Shown: piece after piece, positions 45,635 through 57,300 of the stretch
Layout of the letters: the number at the start of each line of letters is the position of its first letter
How positions within the stretch are numbered: position 1 is the stretch's first letter
Virus record (IMG/VR): IMGVR_UViG_3300027779_000030
Coordinates: 1-62,566 of that record
DNA length: 62,566 bases
From: a virus
Lineage: Duplodnaviria; Caudoviricetes
Direction: 5' to 3' (one strand)
Notes under the pieces: model-generated
What the model saw: the letters and a program-made list of their open reading frames with translations, nothing else
Databases searched by the model: none
What the model was told of the DNA's origin: nothing
Made by a program: the position numbers and the translations under genes

Positions 45635-48600
45635 CTAGAATCCTGGAAGAGCTTTTATTATCCAATGTACTTCCATATTTAATGGAACAATAGAGGTTGT
45701 GATTGCATTCCCTTCTAAATCACTAGACTGGGCATCTGAACTAGTTAGTAAGTTGATTTCGTGACTATGTGTTCCTCCTGCCTGTAGTGTTAAAGTGCTC
45801 GCGTTATCTGCTTCTCTTGTAAGGCGGTTCATGCCAGATCCTCCAATAGCTGTTGGAATTGTGTGAGTATGCGCTCCATCGCTATAAGTATTACCTTCAA
45901 CTAAGTGAGTATGCGGAGGTAAATTAGCTTCTGTTATCATAGTATTAACAGCATCGTTGCCTCCTAGGTGTCCTAATCCTCCACCTCCATATCCTCCACC
46001 ACCTGTTCCCATTAAATATCTATTAGCAAGATCCGGTAAAGTTATTTCAACCAAAGTTCCACCCCATTTACCAGGTGTTGATGTAACCCAATTTAGTGGT
46101 GTGCCTATTGCTACTAATTCTGGGTAACCAGAAGCATTGAATGTTTGTCCATTCATCTTTAACCATCCTACCGGTTCATCTTCTCCTACATATGCAACTA
46201 TTGTTCCAACCGGAGAACTCATCCCAGATGGCATTCCATTAACTGTCATGTTTCCAGTAACATTTAAATCATTAGTACTTAAGCTACATCCGACATTCAC
46301 GCTATTTCCAATATTAGCAGATCCATGAACTTCTAAGTTTTGTCCTATTTTAGCGTCAATTGTATGTATTGAATCTGCACTTACTTCTCCAGCATTAATA
46401 TGATCAGATTCTATTCCGTCAAGCTCTAGAGTTAGTAATCCTCCTTGTCCAGCAAATAAATCATTTTGGTTCCCTTGTGATAAGTATATATTATTTCCTA
46501 CTATAACAAACCTAGTGCAGTATGCAAGAGCTTCATCTAGCTTAGTAGTTAAGTCATGTGTCCATAATTTTTTAGGATTAGATGGAGATTTTACATCTAC
46601 TTTAGTTACACACATTTGCTTACCAATAGAGGTTCCACTATATTGGTTTTGATTATCCATAATATTAGACGTATGTAAAATATATAAGCTATTACCAACT
46701 AATTTACAATCGGTTGCTTGCACATTCTGATAATCGGTGTACGCCCATAGTGCGGTAAGATCATTAATTTGCTGTGTTGGAGTATCCCAAGCTTCTCCTA
46801 CACCAAGCGGCTCAGATACACATTGTGCAATTTTTAATGTATTACCAAATGCTGCGTATATATAAGTTCCATCTGTATCTATTGTTCCAAAATGATTCAT
46901 GGTACCTAATTGTTTATAATTATCTCTATTAATAGTAGCTCCAGTACCTTGAGTATCCCATAGTGCATTAGATTCTGCTTGATGCGAAACCCATCCTGCC
47001 ATATTATCATCTGATAAACAGGATTTTGTAAACGCGTGTATTGAAACTTTATATCCATCGAATGAGATAGAGCTACCTGCTGTACCTCCTGGTACTTCCG
47101 CGCATCCTTCTGATGGAATTGAGTTTCCATTATACGAAGTATATTGACAACAGCTACCGTCTCCGGCATATCCTGGAGTAGGATCTCCTCCCCCTCCGCT
47201 CTTGGTTCCTAATTCAAGAGTCAGTGTATATAATCTCTTGCTATCACTACACATATCCATGTGATGTGATTGAGGCAAATTAGAACCTGCCATTTCTAAT
47301 CCTATAATTCCATTCAAAGAAGGAGCTTGGGGATTTTCTGGATCAGATATACCAATCGGTATAATAGTTGCCGCCAGACCCATATTATTTACTGAATCGT
47401 TTGGAAACATGATATTTGTTAAAGAATAAGGAGTAAAATCAAAAGTATCATGTCCCCAATCTTTAAGATTATTAGTTGCAACATATGCAACATCCCCATC
47501 TAACTCTAACCTCCACGCTCCAGATAATGCAGAGTTCTGCGATCCCACAGTTTGATCTGGTGAAGATGGAACAGGGGAAGACAAGTAATCGTTTACGTGA
47601 CCAATTCCTTGAAATCCAGCAGGATTAATTTTGGCTACTTGAAAATATGTTCTGGTGAAAGCGTTAGGATCACACATATTGACCTTAACTGATCCTCTCA
47701 TAGCATTGTGCACAGAATATATGTATTTACCATCTGATTTCATATCAGCTAAATTAGCTCCATGAAATCTTTTCCCATTATTGTTATTCCAAGTAGGATT
47801 AGCTGTCGTGCCTGTGTCATATACAGTTCCCTGTGGTAGAATCTCTGACATTGCAGACCCAAATGAGGCGTTATTAAGATTAATAGGGGAATCTTTATCT
47901 CCTCCTATTCCATATCTAGCTATTGTACATCCTCCGCTATTATTTACGGGATCTCCATTAACGTTAGACTTTGTAAAATTAGAATTACATGCGAGTATTT
48001 CATTATCTACTACAATTATTGATGTATTTCCAAATTGATTATCCAATTCAGGCTGAGGATCATTATCTAATCGAAGAAGACTACCCACGCCTGCATGAGG
48101 GGTTCCTGCTCCAATCTGTTCGATATTTCCATCATTTTGAAAAGTATTTCCATCTATAAGTACTCCATCTACACTATCTCCTTTTATCATTAAATAGTTG
48201 CGCTCTAATCCAGGAACAGAAATATATCTATCTGGTGCATTATAATTAGCCCAACTATATGTACTTCCTAAATCTATAGCGATACCTATTGTTCCAGCAG
48301 AAGTGAATCCATCATATCCAAAACTTATTCCATCTATCCATCTATTTCCATTGTTTGATTCACCAATAGCTTCTCTTGGTCCTATTCTAGTTATAAATTT
48401 AACTCTATCTTCTGTTAGACCATCGGTATTATATTTAGAAGATAAAAACTCAAACATTGAATTATAATCTAATTGGGATAGTCCTTGAGCTTCAGTAGTA
48501 GTCATTGAAAGATGACCGACATTTATAGGTTCAGTTTGATTTACCGCCCAAACCGCAGATCCACTCAAATCATTAGTATAGTGTCGAAATTTTAAATTGT

Positions 48601-49291
48601 GTTTAAGCTCAGTCAATCTCATCGTAGCAGAAATTGGGTCTGTATATAAAGTACCTAACTCTAGATGATATCTTTGAGGAATACCTGAGGTAAAGTCTAC
48701 ATGAATTTTTTGTATTGCATCATATAAAACGTCTTCAGCTGGCCAATTATCAATATTGTATACTGTCTCATTAAAATTATTAAGATAGAAAATATCGTTG
48801 TTTGTCGCAATACTTCCAATCATATCAGATGCTGAATCACTTGCAGTATTTCCTCTATTTGGAAAGAGTATATATCTATTGTCTAATGGGGAAGCATCTC
48901 CTAGTCCTCTAATAAAAGTTGCTCCGGAAGCCGCTAAATAATTATTGACTACTGTTTCTAAATCTATAAGTAATTCCCAAGTATTAGTTGCTGCATCATA
49001 TTGATAAATTGTGCTATTATCTACATCTATATAGAAATCATTATCTTGTAAATCTATAAAGGTATTTGAGTTAGGGTTGCCACTTCCGACAAACCACTTA
49101 TTACCATCGTCTCCTTGTAATCCCTGAGGACCAAGGGGACCTGCTGCTCCAAGTGAGCCTGTTATTCCGGTTGGGCCCGGTAACCCTATTCCTAATTCTA
49201 ATAATTTATTAAAATTAAAATTAATTTTATCTACAGTGATTTCTTGAGCATCACTATCAAATAGTTCCTTTAGATTTATTCTTATTGGCAT
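45635..49291 (-). CDS. Tail fibre with short collagen-like segment, beta-propeller-like middle and C-terminal tail-collar/His-repeat tip
   Basis: GLPGPTGITGSLGAAGPLGPQGLQGDDG; WFVGSGNP...DFYID; LVIVD-like blades (GDVAYVA, ISDPENP, VDVKSPSNP); collar PVGTIVAY...PVGWLKMNGQ...LPDL; HTH/HTH/HSH motifs. Confidence 0.8.
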   Translation of the reverse strand: MPIRINLKELFDSDAQEITVDKINFNFNKLLELGIGLPGPTGITGSLGAAGPLGPQGLQGDDGNKWFVGSGNPNSNTFIDLQDNDFYIDVDNSTIYQYDAATNTWELLIDLETVVNNYLAASGATFIRGLGDASPLDNRYILFPNRGNTASDSASDMIGSIATNNDIFYLNNFNETVYNIDNWPAEDVLYDAIQKIHVDFTSGIPQRYHLELGTLYTDPISATMRLTELKHNLKFRHYTNDLSGSAVWAVNQTEPINVGHLSMTTTEAQGLSQLDYNSMFEFLSSKYNTDGLTEDRVKFITRIGPREAIGESNNGNRWIDGISFGYDGFTSAGTIGIAIDLGSTYSWANYNAPDRYISVPGLERNYLMIKGDSVDGVLIDGNTFQNDGNIEQIGAGTPHAGVGSLLRLDNDPQPELDNQFGNTSIIVVDNEILACNSNFTKSNVNGDPVNNSGGCTIARYGIGGDKDSPINLNNASFGSAMSEILPQGTVYDTGTTANPTWNNNNGKRFHGANLADMKSDGKYIYSVHNAMRGSVKVNMCDPNAFTRTYFQVAKINPAGFQGIGHVNDYLSSPVPSSPDQTVGSQNSALSGAWRLELDGDVAYVATNNLKDWGHDTFDFTPYSLTNIMFPNDSVNNMGLAATIIPIGISDPENPQAPSLNGIIGLEMAGSNLPQSHHMDMCSDSKRLYTLTLELGTKSGGGGDPTPGYAGDGSCCQYTSYNGNSIPSEGCAEVPGGTAGSSISFDGYKVSIHAFTKSCLSDDNMAGWVSHQAESNALWDTQGTGATINRDNYKQLGTMNHFGTIDTDGTYIYAAFGNTLKIAQCVSEPLGVGEAWDTPTQQINDLTALWAYTDYQNVQATDCKLVGNSLYILHTSNIMDNQNQYSGTSIGKQMCVTKVDVKSPSNPKKLWTHDLTTKLDEALAYCTRFVIVGNNIYLSQGNQNDLFAGQGGLLTLELDGIESDHINAGEVSADSIHTIDAKIGQNLEVHGSANIGNSVNVGCSLSTNDLNVTGNMTVNGMPSGMSSPVGTIVAYVGEDEPVGWLKMNGQTFNASGYPELVAIGTPLNWVTSTPGKWGGTLVEITLPDLANRYLMGTGGGGYGGGGLGHLGGNDAVNTMITEANLPPHTHLVEGNTYSDGAHTHTIPTAIGGSGMNRLTREADNASTLTLQAGGTHSHEINLLTSSDAQSSDLEGNAITTSIVPLNMEVHWIIKALPGF

Positions 49292-49292
49292 A

Positions 49293-52200
49293 TTATATAA
49301 AATTCATTTTTATCTTAGGGCTTATTAAAATACCAGAGTTTAATTTCTTATTAAATTCGAATTCTAATACTAACCTATCTATTTTATTTATTCTTAAATT
49401 TTTGTTTAGTTTGTATCCTAAGTCGAAGCGTTGAGTATCGTCTAAAAAAGTAAAGCCTATTGCATTCTGATTAGATGATGTTGACCCATTAATTAGTGAT
49501 TTATCTTCTTTATCATAAAATTCTACATCAATTAGTTGATATAGTTTTATTATATTTTGCTTGATATATTCTTTTACATATTCTTCAATTGAATCATAGT
49601 TTCCAATGTATTCTGGAGAATTTTCTAGAAATGTGGTAAATGGTGCAGAAATTCCATCGGTTATTAAATATGATGTAAGTATATTTTCAAGATTTATAAA
49701 GCCTTTTATCTTTTTATCTTCCTCAACTATCGCAAGTTCTATCTCATCTTTATTAATTAAATTAATATCCGTATGATTAGTTATGATTGGATTTTCTAAC
49801 TCTAATTCATCTCTAAGAGAAATTAATTTTGATAGAAAACCATAATCTTCTTCTATTCTAAGAGATCCAGAAACGGGAGACTTATTATCTTTAGTAGAAT
49901 ATTTATGATGGAAGCCATAATCCCAATTGGAATTTAATAAGAAATAGTCACTTCTTCCGATAGCAATTTCGTTTACTGCTTCGTATCTAGGATCGTATTT
50001 TTCATCGGCCTCTAATGAAAGTATTTTCGAATCAGATACCTTAATGTGATTAAAGTTAGATATCTTTAAAAAATTATCTATATTAATATTAAACCTAGTG
50101 TTACTTAGGGTTAGCGGAGAAATATCATTGTTGTTAAAATTAAATGTAGAATTGAATGCGAATAAGTTTTTAACTAGCGGAGAAAATCCACCATCATACC
50201 TGTTTATTTCATATGAGTTATCCATTGATGCTCTTTCATATTTAAAACCTACTATATTTTCAGAAGAAACGTTTGCTGGGATATCATCATCAATCTGAGC
50301 AATAACAGCATTCGTTTTAGATATATTTGAAACATTTGGTATTTCGCAATAAAAACTATTACTTGACTCTAATACTGAATTAGTTCCATCAAAAGTATAC
50401 GATTTATATTCAATAAAATTATCAAGCGTATTAATATATGATTTAAATTTTCCAAAAGATAGCTTACTTAATAAGGATTGATAATATAGTTCTCCTCCTG
50501 CTATAATTTTAAATATAGCAGAATCTCTATAATATGCAGCAGGTAAGGCAGCAGGAATATTTGAGGTCACATTATTGCCTTCGGAAATTATTTTTATTGT
50601 TGGAGCTTGTTGGTTATAATATTTAACAAAATCTATTCCTGCAGATTCTAAATAGCTCTCATTATAATTAAGTACTCCGCCATTAGTATTATCTAAAAAG
50701 TAGTCTAATCCTGTTGCATATGAGTGATATGAAAGAAAGGTACTTGTTGTTGTTCTATTAATTTCATCAGATAAATTAGATGGATAACTCGGGATATTAG
50801 TATTAGCCATTCCATTAATAATAGTTGGTGTTGAAGGTTGAAATGCACCAGTTGCACTCAAGTCTATTTTTTGCGTAAGCTTTACATTAGAAAAACTACT
50901 TGAGAAAGTATTATATTTTTTATTTTTTAACGAATATAACAAAGTATGATTCATATTAGAAACCCCAGTAAGATCAAAAGATAAACGGTAGTCTCCTGAT
51001 ATAGAATCAAATGGCAAGGTATAATCTTGTAAAAACGTATTTGTTTCTAAGAAATTAGTATTGTTTACTGAATCTCCATTTTGAATAGAAGGGGATGGAG
51101 ATGCTATTGATAAATCAAAATTCTTCAACCAAAATGAGTCAACGTCTTCAATTGCCCCTAAGTTCAATTCAATTAATAGAATTATATACTTAAATGTTTT
51201 ATGTTCTATCATTCTATATCGTATCGGCGGGACTTCGTCGTTTTCTATATCTTCCCTAGACGTTGTTAAAATAGTACTAAATTTGTAATCATCAAATCTA
51301 TTAGAATTTGGATTAGATTCAGGTTTTCCATCTGGACCTAAGTTAGTTGCTGATATAAAGTCTTTAAATTTAATATTAAATCCTTTAAAGAATGTCGAAT
51401 ATTCCCCTAGATCATTCTTATTAATTTTAGAATATCTAATTTGAGTTTTTCCTACTTCTTCTGTAAAAAAAGTTGGAGTATATGTAAAATAATTTATAAA
51501 ATAGTCTTTATCTGATACCGCTTGAGAAATATCAAATTTAGTATCAAAATATGAGTTATTTAATTTTACAGTTTGAATATCGTCTATATAATTAAACTTA
51601 GATTCAATATAGAACCATTCATGTGTAAATTTTGAAGGATTTTGAGAAATATCATCGTGGTCTGGTGAAAAATTATTAAAACCGAACACAAGTTCAGAAT
51701 TAAGCCTATATGGATTACTTCTAGAATCAAGACCATCCGCTTTAGCCCATTTTGTAATATATGGCAGTATCTTAGACTTTAGCGCGAAATCTTTTGAAAA
51801 ATTTTCTTTGTAGTAGTCATACTCTGTTTTTGCAATACCATTAATATACTTTATTTTTTTAGTATAGTCATCACTATTTGATTCTTCAACAACTCGATCT
51901 GGATCTTTAAGTAAGAAAAATCCTGGGAATTCTGGAATTCCCCCACTTTGGTCATTTGAAGGAATATCATATCTATTTCCTGCGCCAGTAGAAGGATCAT
52001 ATGGAATATGAGTGGATAGATCAGCATTTTGTCCGCTATATGAAATAACTGGGTTTCCGGAAGTAACTTCATATGATGCCCCTGATGTTGTTGTAAAAAT
52101 ATCTCCCCCGTTGTATTGATTGCCGTCGCTTACTAATATTGAACCATCCCCATATACCTGATATTCATACTCATTACTTAATAAATTTACATTAGGAGGA

Positions 52201-54362
52201 ATGAAATAATAGTAATATAGATCAATAAGAGGAAAGTTTAAATATTCACTTGAATAAAAATCAAAGTCAAAATCAGATATCGGAAAGAAGGAAATTAATC
52301 CAAACGAAGGATTATGCTTTTTAAACATAATAAATTCACCATATTTAATATCTGGACTATCATCGGATTCTAAAGTTACTACTGTTTTCTCAAAGAAGTC
52401 ATCTATTATTATTTTTTTTGTATCATAGTTATTTGGAGCATTTGCCTCTGCTTTAGTTATTGCTATCTCAGTTATTACATCAATATTACTTGATATTTTT
52501 TTAATCTTAGACCAGCCTACGTTAGTTTTAACTAGAATATCTGATTTATCATTTAAAATTTTAGTATAGTGACCTGAATCAATTAATAATCTATTATCAT
52601 CATCTAGTGATCCTCCTTGAAAATTAATTAAATTTCCAGAAAGAGTAAATCCAGTTATTCCATTTATTGTTATTCCATCCCAGGCCCCAGTTGGAGAATT
52701 AAATTCTAGTTTAAAAGATTCATCTAATTCTCCTGCGATATTGCTTTTTATGAATATGTAGTCATTTATTGGAAATGATCTAAAGTTTCTTATTCTAATA
52801 TTATTAAGGCAACCAGATATTGCATTCGATACATCTTCAGGGGTACCGGTTGTATCAAAATAAAATATATCGAATCCTACGATATTATCAATGTCATGAT
52901 AATAGTAATAATCTCCTGGGTTAGGACATTGAGAATATCCGTTAGTTCCAGTAAGTAAGTCAAATCTACCACCTGCATCAGTTTGGGTTCCATTTGGGTG
53001 GTATATTTTAATTGTATCTAGTTGAGATACACTCTCTAGCTTAAGATATGAGTGAGAAAATCCTCTATTCTTTGACACTGTTCCCTTATCCTGTAAAAAT
53101 TCTTCTTTTGGTCCAAAGAATTTTCCTATATCGATATTTTTATTTGACATTCTTATTTTAGAAGTAAATACCTCTTGTCCTAAATCATCTCTTTCTATTG
53201 TATATGGGGAATCTAATTTAGGTATATATAAGTTATTATCTCTATCTTGTATATAGTTAAAGAACATATTACTTTGATCTGAAAAAATATTCTCAAAATC
53301 CGATAGATATAGGCTATTCATTTTAATAGGAAGAATTGCCCCATCTGAATTTTCTTGATTTATTACAATATCTTCATTTTCAAAAAATTCTCTTCTAAAC
53401 CTAGGGCTGTTTTCCCATGATCCTCTTTCTAAATACGCTCTCTTTAAATCGATATCTAGTTTATCTAATTCTAATGCGTTTACATATACCCCAAAATATC
53501 TATTAAAGTCATATACTTCTGATGTTTCATCATCAAATAAAAATTCAAAGTTTATAATATTTGGAAATATTACTCCGTTTCTCTCAAATCCTAATGTTAT
53601 AAACTCTTCAAAATACTTTAAAGGATTTGATGATGAGTATAAAGAATCTAGAAGTTCTCCTCTATTTCCAAGAACTCCGGAATCATATAGTATCCCATTA
53701 AATGTTGTAAATTCATCCTCCTCATACTTAGCCGAGATAGGACTTTTTGGAAAATTGGAATCGTTATAATAGTCTCTAATATATTTTCCAACAGTAGTAT
53801 CTTTTCCAATATCAAATGTTTTTACGATTGACGACGTCTTAAATAATTCTTTTAGATAGTCTTCTTTATTCTCAGGATAATTGGACTTAAGCTCCGTTAT
53901 TTTTTTATTTAAAGGGTTTTCAATTTTAAATATTACAAAATAATCTGGGATATTATCCTTTAAGTATAGTGGAGCAAAATAAGACATCTTTTCATCATAT
54001 CTCCTATTGCTTAAATATTTTGCGCCGCTAAAGTAGTGAGAGAAATCATATTGATCTTTGAAATCATTGGATGTTTTAGTAGAATCAAATGATTCTGACA
54101 TAGAAAAGACTAATTCACTAGCAGTTGATCCTCCATTAAAGAATCTATACATATTACCCGCCATGGATATTGAGGGGTCTATTGCTACTCTTTTATAAGA
54201 ATCTTTTGATAGATGTTCATTAGCATCAATTGAGTTAAACCACATCTTATCCTGATCGTTAATTGTAAATTTAATATTTCCAGTTAACTTAGGATTGGTC
54301 CTAACTAGTTGAAAACTAGATTCATCTTCAAGTATTTTAAGATAGTCTATATTTCTTGCCAT
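49293..54362 (-). CDS. Large baseplate/structural protein (1689 aa)
   Basis: SFQLVRTNPKLTGNIK N-terminus, aromatic/Asn-rich composition, operon context. Confidence 0.6.
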   Translation of the reverse strand: MARNIDYLKILEDESSFQLVRTNPKLTGNIKFTINDQDKMWFNSIDANEHLSKDSYKRVAIDPSISMAGNMYRFFNGGSTASELVFSMSESFDSTKTSNDFKDQYDFSHYFSGAKYLSNRRYDEKMSYFAPLYLKDNIPDYFVIFKIENPLNKKITELKSNYPENKEDYLKELFKTSSIVKTFDIGKDTTVGKYIRDYYNDSNFPKSPISAKYEEDEFTTFNGILYDSGVLGNRGELLDSLYSSSNPLKYFEEFITLGFERNGVIFPNIINFEFLFDDETSEVYDFNRYFGVYVNALELDKLDIDLKRAYLERGSWENSPRFRREFFENEDIVINQENSDGAILPIKMNSLYLSDFENIFSDQSNMFFNYIQDRDNNLYIPKLDSPYTIERDDLGQEVFTSKIRMSNKNIDIGKFFGPKEEFLQDKGTVSKNRGFSHSYLKLESVSQLDTIKIYHPNGTQTDAGGRFDLLTGTNGYSQCPNPGDYYYYHDIDNIVGFDIFYFDTTGTPEDVSNAISGCLNNIRIRNFRSFPINDYIFIKSNIAGELDESFKLEFNSPTGAWDGITINGITGFTLSGNLINFQGGSLDDDNRLLIDSGHYTKILNDKSDILVKTNVGWSKIKKISSNIDVITEIAITKAEANAPNNYDTKKIIIDDFFEKTVVTLESDDSPDIKYGEFIMFKKHNPSFGLISFFPISDFDFDFYSSEYLNFPLIDLYYYYFIPPNVNLLSNEYEYQVYGDGSILVSDGNQYNGGDIFTTTSGASYEVTSGNPVISYSGQNADLSTHIPYDPSTGAGNRYDIPSNDQSGGIPEFPGFFLLKDPDRVVEESNSDDYTKKIKYINGIAKTEYDYYKENFSKDFALKSKILPYITKWAKADGLDSRSNPYRLNSELVFGFNNFSPDHDDISQNPSKFTHEWFYIESKFNYIDDIQTVKLNNSYFDTKFDISQAVSDKDYFINYFTYTPTFFTEEVGKTQIRYSKINKNDLGEYSTFFKGFNIKFKDFISATNLGPDGKPESNPNSNRFDDYKFSTILTTSREDIENDEVPPIRYRMIEHKTFKYIILLIELNLGAIEDVDSFWLKNFDLSIASPSPSIQNGDSVNNTNFLETNTFLQDYTLPFDSISGDYRLSFDLTGVSNMNHTLLYSLKNKKYNTFSSSFSNVKLTQKIDLSATGAFQPSTPTIINGMANTNIPSYPSNLSDEINRTTTSTFLSYHSYATGLDYFLDNTNGGVLNYNESYLESAGIDFVKYYNQQAPTIKIISEGNNVTSNIPAALPAAYYRDSAIFKIIAGGELYYQSLLSKLSFGKFKSYINTLDNFIEYKSYTFDGTNSVLESSNSFYCEIPNVSNISKTNAVIAQIDDDIPANVSSENIVGFKYERASMDNSYEINRYDGGFSPLVKNLFAFNSTFNFNNNDISPLTLSNTRFNINIDNFLKISNFNHIKVSDSKILSLEADEKYDPRYEAVNEIAIGRSDYFLLNSNWDYGFHHKYSTKDNKSPVSGSLRIEEDYGFLSKLISLRDELELENPIITNHTDINLINKDEIELAIVEEDKKIKGFINLENILTSYLITDGISAPFTTFLENSPEYIGNYDSIEEYVKEYIKQNIIKLYQLIDVEFYDKEDKSLINGSTSSNQNAIGFTFLDDTQRFDLGYKLNKNLRINKIDRLVLEFEFNKKLNSGILISPKIKMNFI

Positions 54363-54366
54363 TTAA

Positions 54367-57300
54367 TTAAAAATTTATTGAAACATTACCCCTAGATGGC
54401 ACAATTGGTGCATCTAAAGTAGTTTCTTTCTTATATTGCGAACTAATTTCAATGTCAAATGAGAAAGGTGCTTCGTCTTTTACTCCTATATCTATTCCTA
54501 TCTTTTTAGCATATTTTATATTATTTAGAGGTGCAGTACTAAATCTATAACCTCCAATATTTCCTAATTTATCAGATGCTCTAAACTGATAAAGAACAGG
54601 AATATTTATAGAGTTCTCTGATCCCATTGATATTTCTTTTATTGAAAGAGATGGGTGGTTCCCATCAACTGATATGTCTGGATAATCATTAGGAAAAACA
54701 AATAAGTAATTACCACATGTATATTTTCCTATTAAAAATTCATCGTCCGGTTTAAATCCTATTCTTGTTGGATAGTGATCTGCAGTTCTAGTTAAATTAC
54801 TCACAAATGTAGAAATAGTATTTCTATTTGATTGAACATAATGTTTTTGACCAAGTATTCCAGTATCTTCATTTACTGATGTTTCCATAAATGTAGCATG
54901 AGATATTGGAAGATATGCTTGGGTTGTAACTGGGTTAAACTCAGGCTCAAAGAAATCTTTAAGTGATGTGCCAAGTGTGATGTCATACGCTGCACCGAAG
55001 TTTTGTATTGATGGATGCTCTATGTGAATACAAAATTCTGATTGAACTCCACCTCCATCTGGGGTATTAGCAACAGCCGAAGTACCTACCCAAATATTAG
55101 TATTTGGAACCCCATCGTTTGAATAAGGAGCAGCAATTCCCGCTGGAACAAAAGGAACATAGTGTTGTCCTTGAATTGGAACATCCTCTCCTCCAACTGA
55201 AACTCCATCATATGCGTATGCGGTTAACGCAGGAGCAACTGATGTAGATGAATACAGAGCATCAGATAATCCATAATTAAAATATCTAGAATATAGATAT
55301 TGACTCTTTACTTGTGAAGATTGATATCCGGTTAAATGGATATCCCCTGATGTTTCTCCTTCTGTTGCACTATTAATTGAAAGAGAGGCAAGATCATATC
55401 TTCTATTTACATGATAATCAGAAGTAGGAAAACTACCGGGATCTGATAGCGGAGCAATTTGATCAATCCCTCCCATTAAGCTTGATACTAGTTCTAATTT
55501 AGTTGCTGACGTGTTTTCTATCGATATTACATATTGCTTAGTTATTACTTTCCCATCATTATATACTGTAACTCCTCCTGATGTATCTGCAATTTCATCC
55601 CTATAGAATCCTGCAAATAATTTTAAGGTATCTCCAGTCGTTACTTCTGATACATTTCCTTTATCATCAATTACTGTTACTTTTAAAGTTCCCTTGGCAT
55701 CTGTAATGGATTGCTGTAGTCCCTCTATTATATTTTGCATTGCCTTAACTTGTGCATAAAGGTCTATCGTTTTTCCTTCAGATGTGTAAAATCCGCTAGA
55801 TATATCCTCTGCTTTGTGAGAAAAGAATCGTTCACCTGTCGTAAATTGATTTTGTAAGTGAAGATCTAAACCTCTTGTTGTCAGTTCATCTTCAAAATCT
55901 AAACGAGCTTCTTCAGCAAATGTTTTTTGAGATATAATCGATGCTTCTTCAGCTGATTCTATATCTTCTGGAAAAGATACTTGAATTGATTTAGACCAAA
56001 CAGATTCTGCCGCATTATCTGGCCAACCTGCCTCAGATAATGATTTTATTTGTGTCTCAACCGTTTCTCCCTTTCTAATTGGAATATCTAATTGGTTTAT
56101 GTTTACCTCGTCCGCGTTGGAGAGATCTTCTGTAGTCCATATATATAAACCGGTAGATGAGTCTAGTTCTTTTCTTCTAGCCTTGGTTAAAACTTCACTC
56201 CATGGAGAAAATACTGCAAATTTAGATTCTCCTCCTTCTTTAATTCTAGATTGTTTTGCGTTAGGCGCTGTTCCTTTTTTACTTAGATATCTATATCTTA
56301 TTTTAAATTGAACAACTTCTTGTTTTCCATACTTATTTTCCTTTGCCTCAGGTATTGGCCAAAATCCTCTTACTCTATATTTTGGCGTACGAATGAATGC
56401 AGGTCTTGTTGATATATCTAAAGTTATTTCTTTAACTGCACTTGTTAATTGAGATTGGAGAGTTGCTTTTTGTTCAACTGAACTCTTTATCTTTTTTTCA
56501 ATTCTCTTCTTTTCCGATGAGGTTTTTTGAGAATCGTTTAATCTAGATTTTAAATCATCTATTTTCTTAGTATTTTCTTTTACTTTTACCTTTAGACTTT
56601 CTTTTTCGGCTATTTTATTTTGTATTACCTTTTGATCTTCATCTTCTTTTATATGTTCATCTATTTGAACAACAGAAAAATCAGATGGATTTAGTGCTGG
56701 AATATTTGGATCTTCAGCAATAGCTGCTGGTATCTTTCTTTCCTTTGCCGCATTTAAAAGTATTAAACCAAAATCTGCTACAAAATTGTTATAGTAAGAT
56801 TCCAAAGTAGTTTCACTCTCATCCTCCAGGGTAATTTTTAGAGAATTTGTATATACTCCAAATCCATTAGAATAATCGTCTACTGTTAAATTATTTGATT
56901 TACTTATTGGCTTTATGAAAATTACCTGTCTTTCGTTATATCCTACATTAACTTGTAATTCAGGAGTTCTATATTTTATTGGTTTTAATTTTAAAACATC
57001 TGCTCCTATTGTTATGGGGTCGATCCCGAAAATTCTTTCTAATAATATTTCTGTGTTTGTCTTATCAACTGATACTATTTTGTATTCTGAGTCATTATCT
57101 GTCATTAGAACATCACCGGCTGCTAGCATTCTATTATTTACTGTATCTTCTAGAACATCAGTATAGTTTAAAGTACTAACTTTATATCTTCTAGTAACTA
57201 AAGAAACAACATCATTAGATGATGCGAGAGTAGTATCTACTTCTTCTTCAAATATCTTTATTACATCAAATGATCCTTTTAATCTGTTTATTGGTACCTC

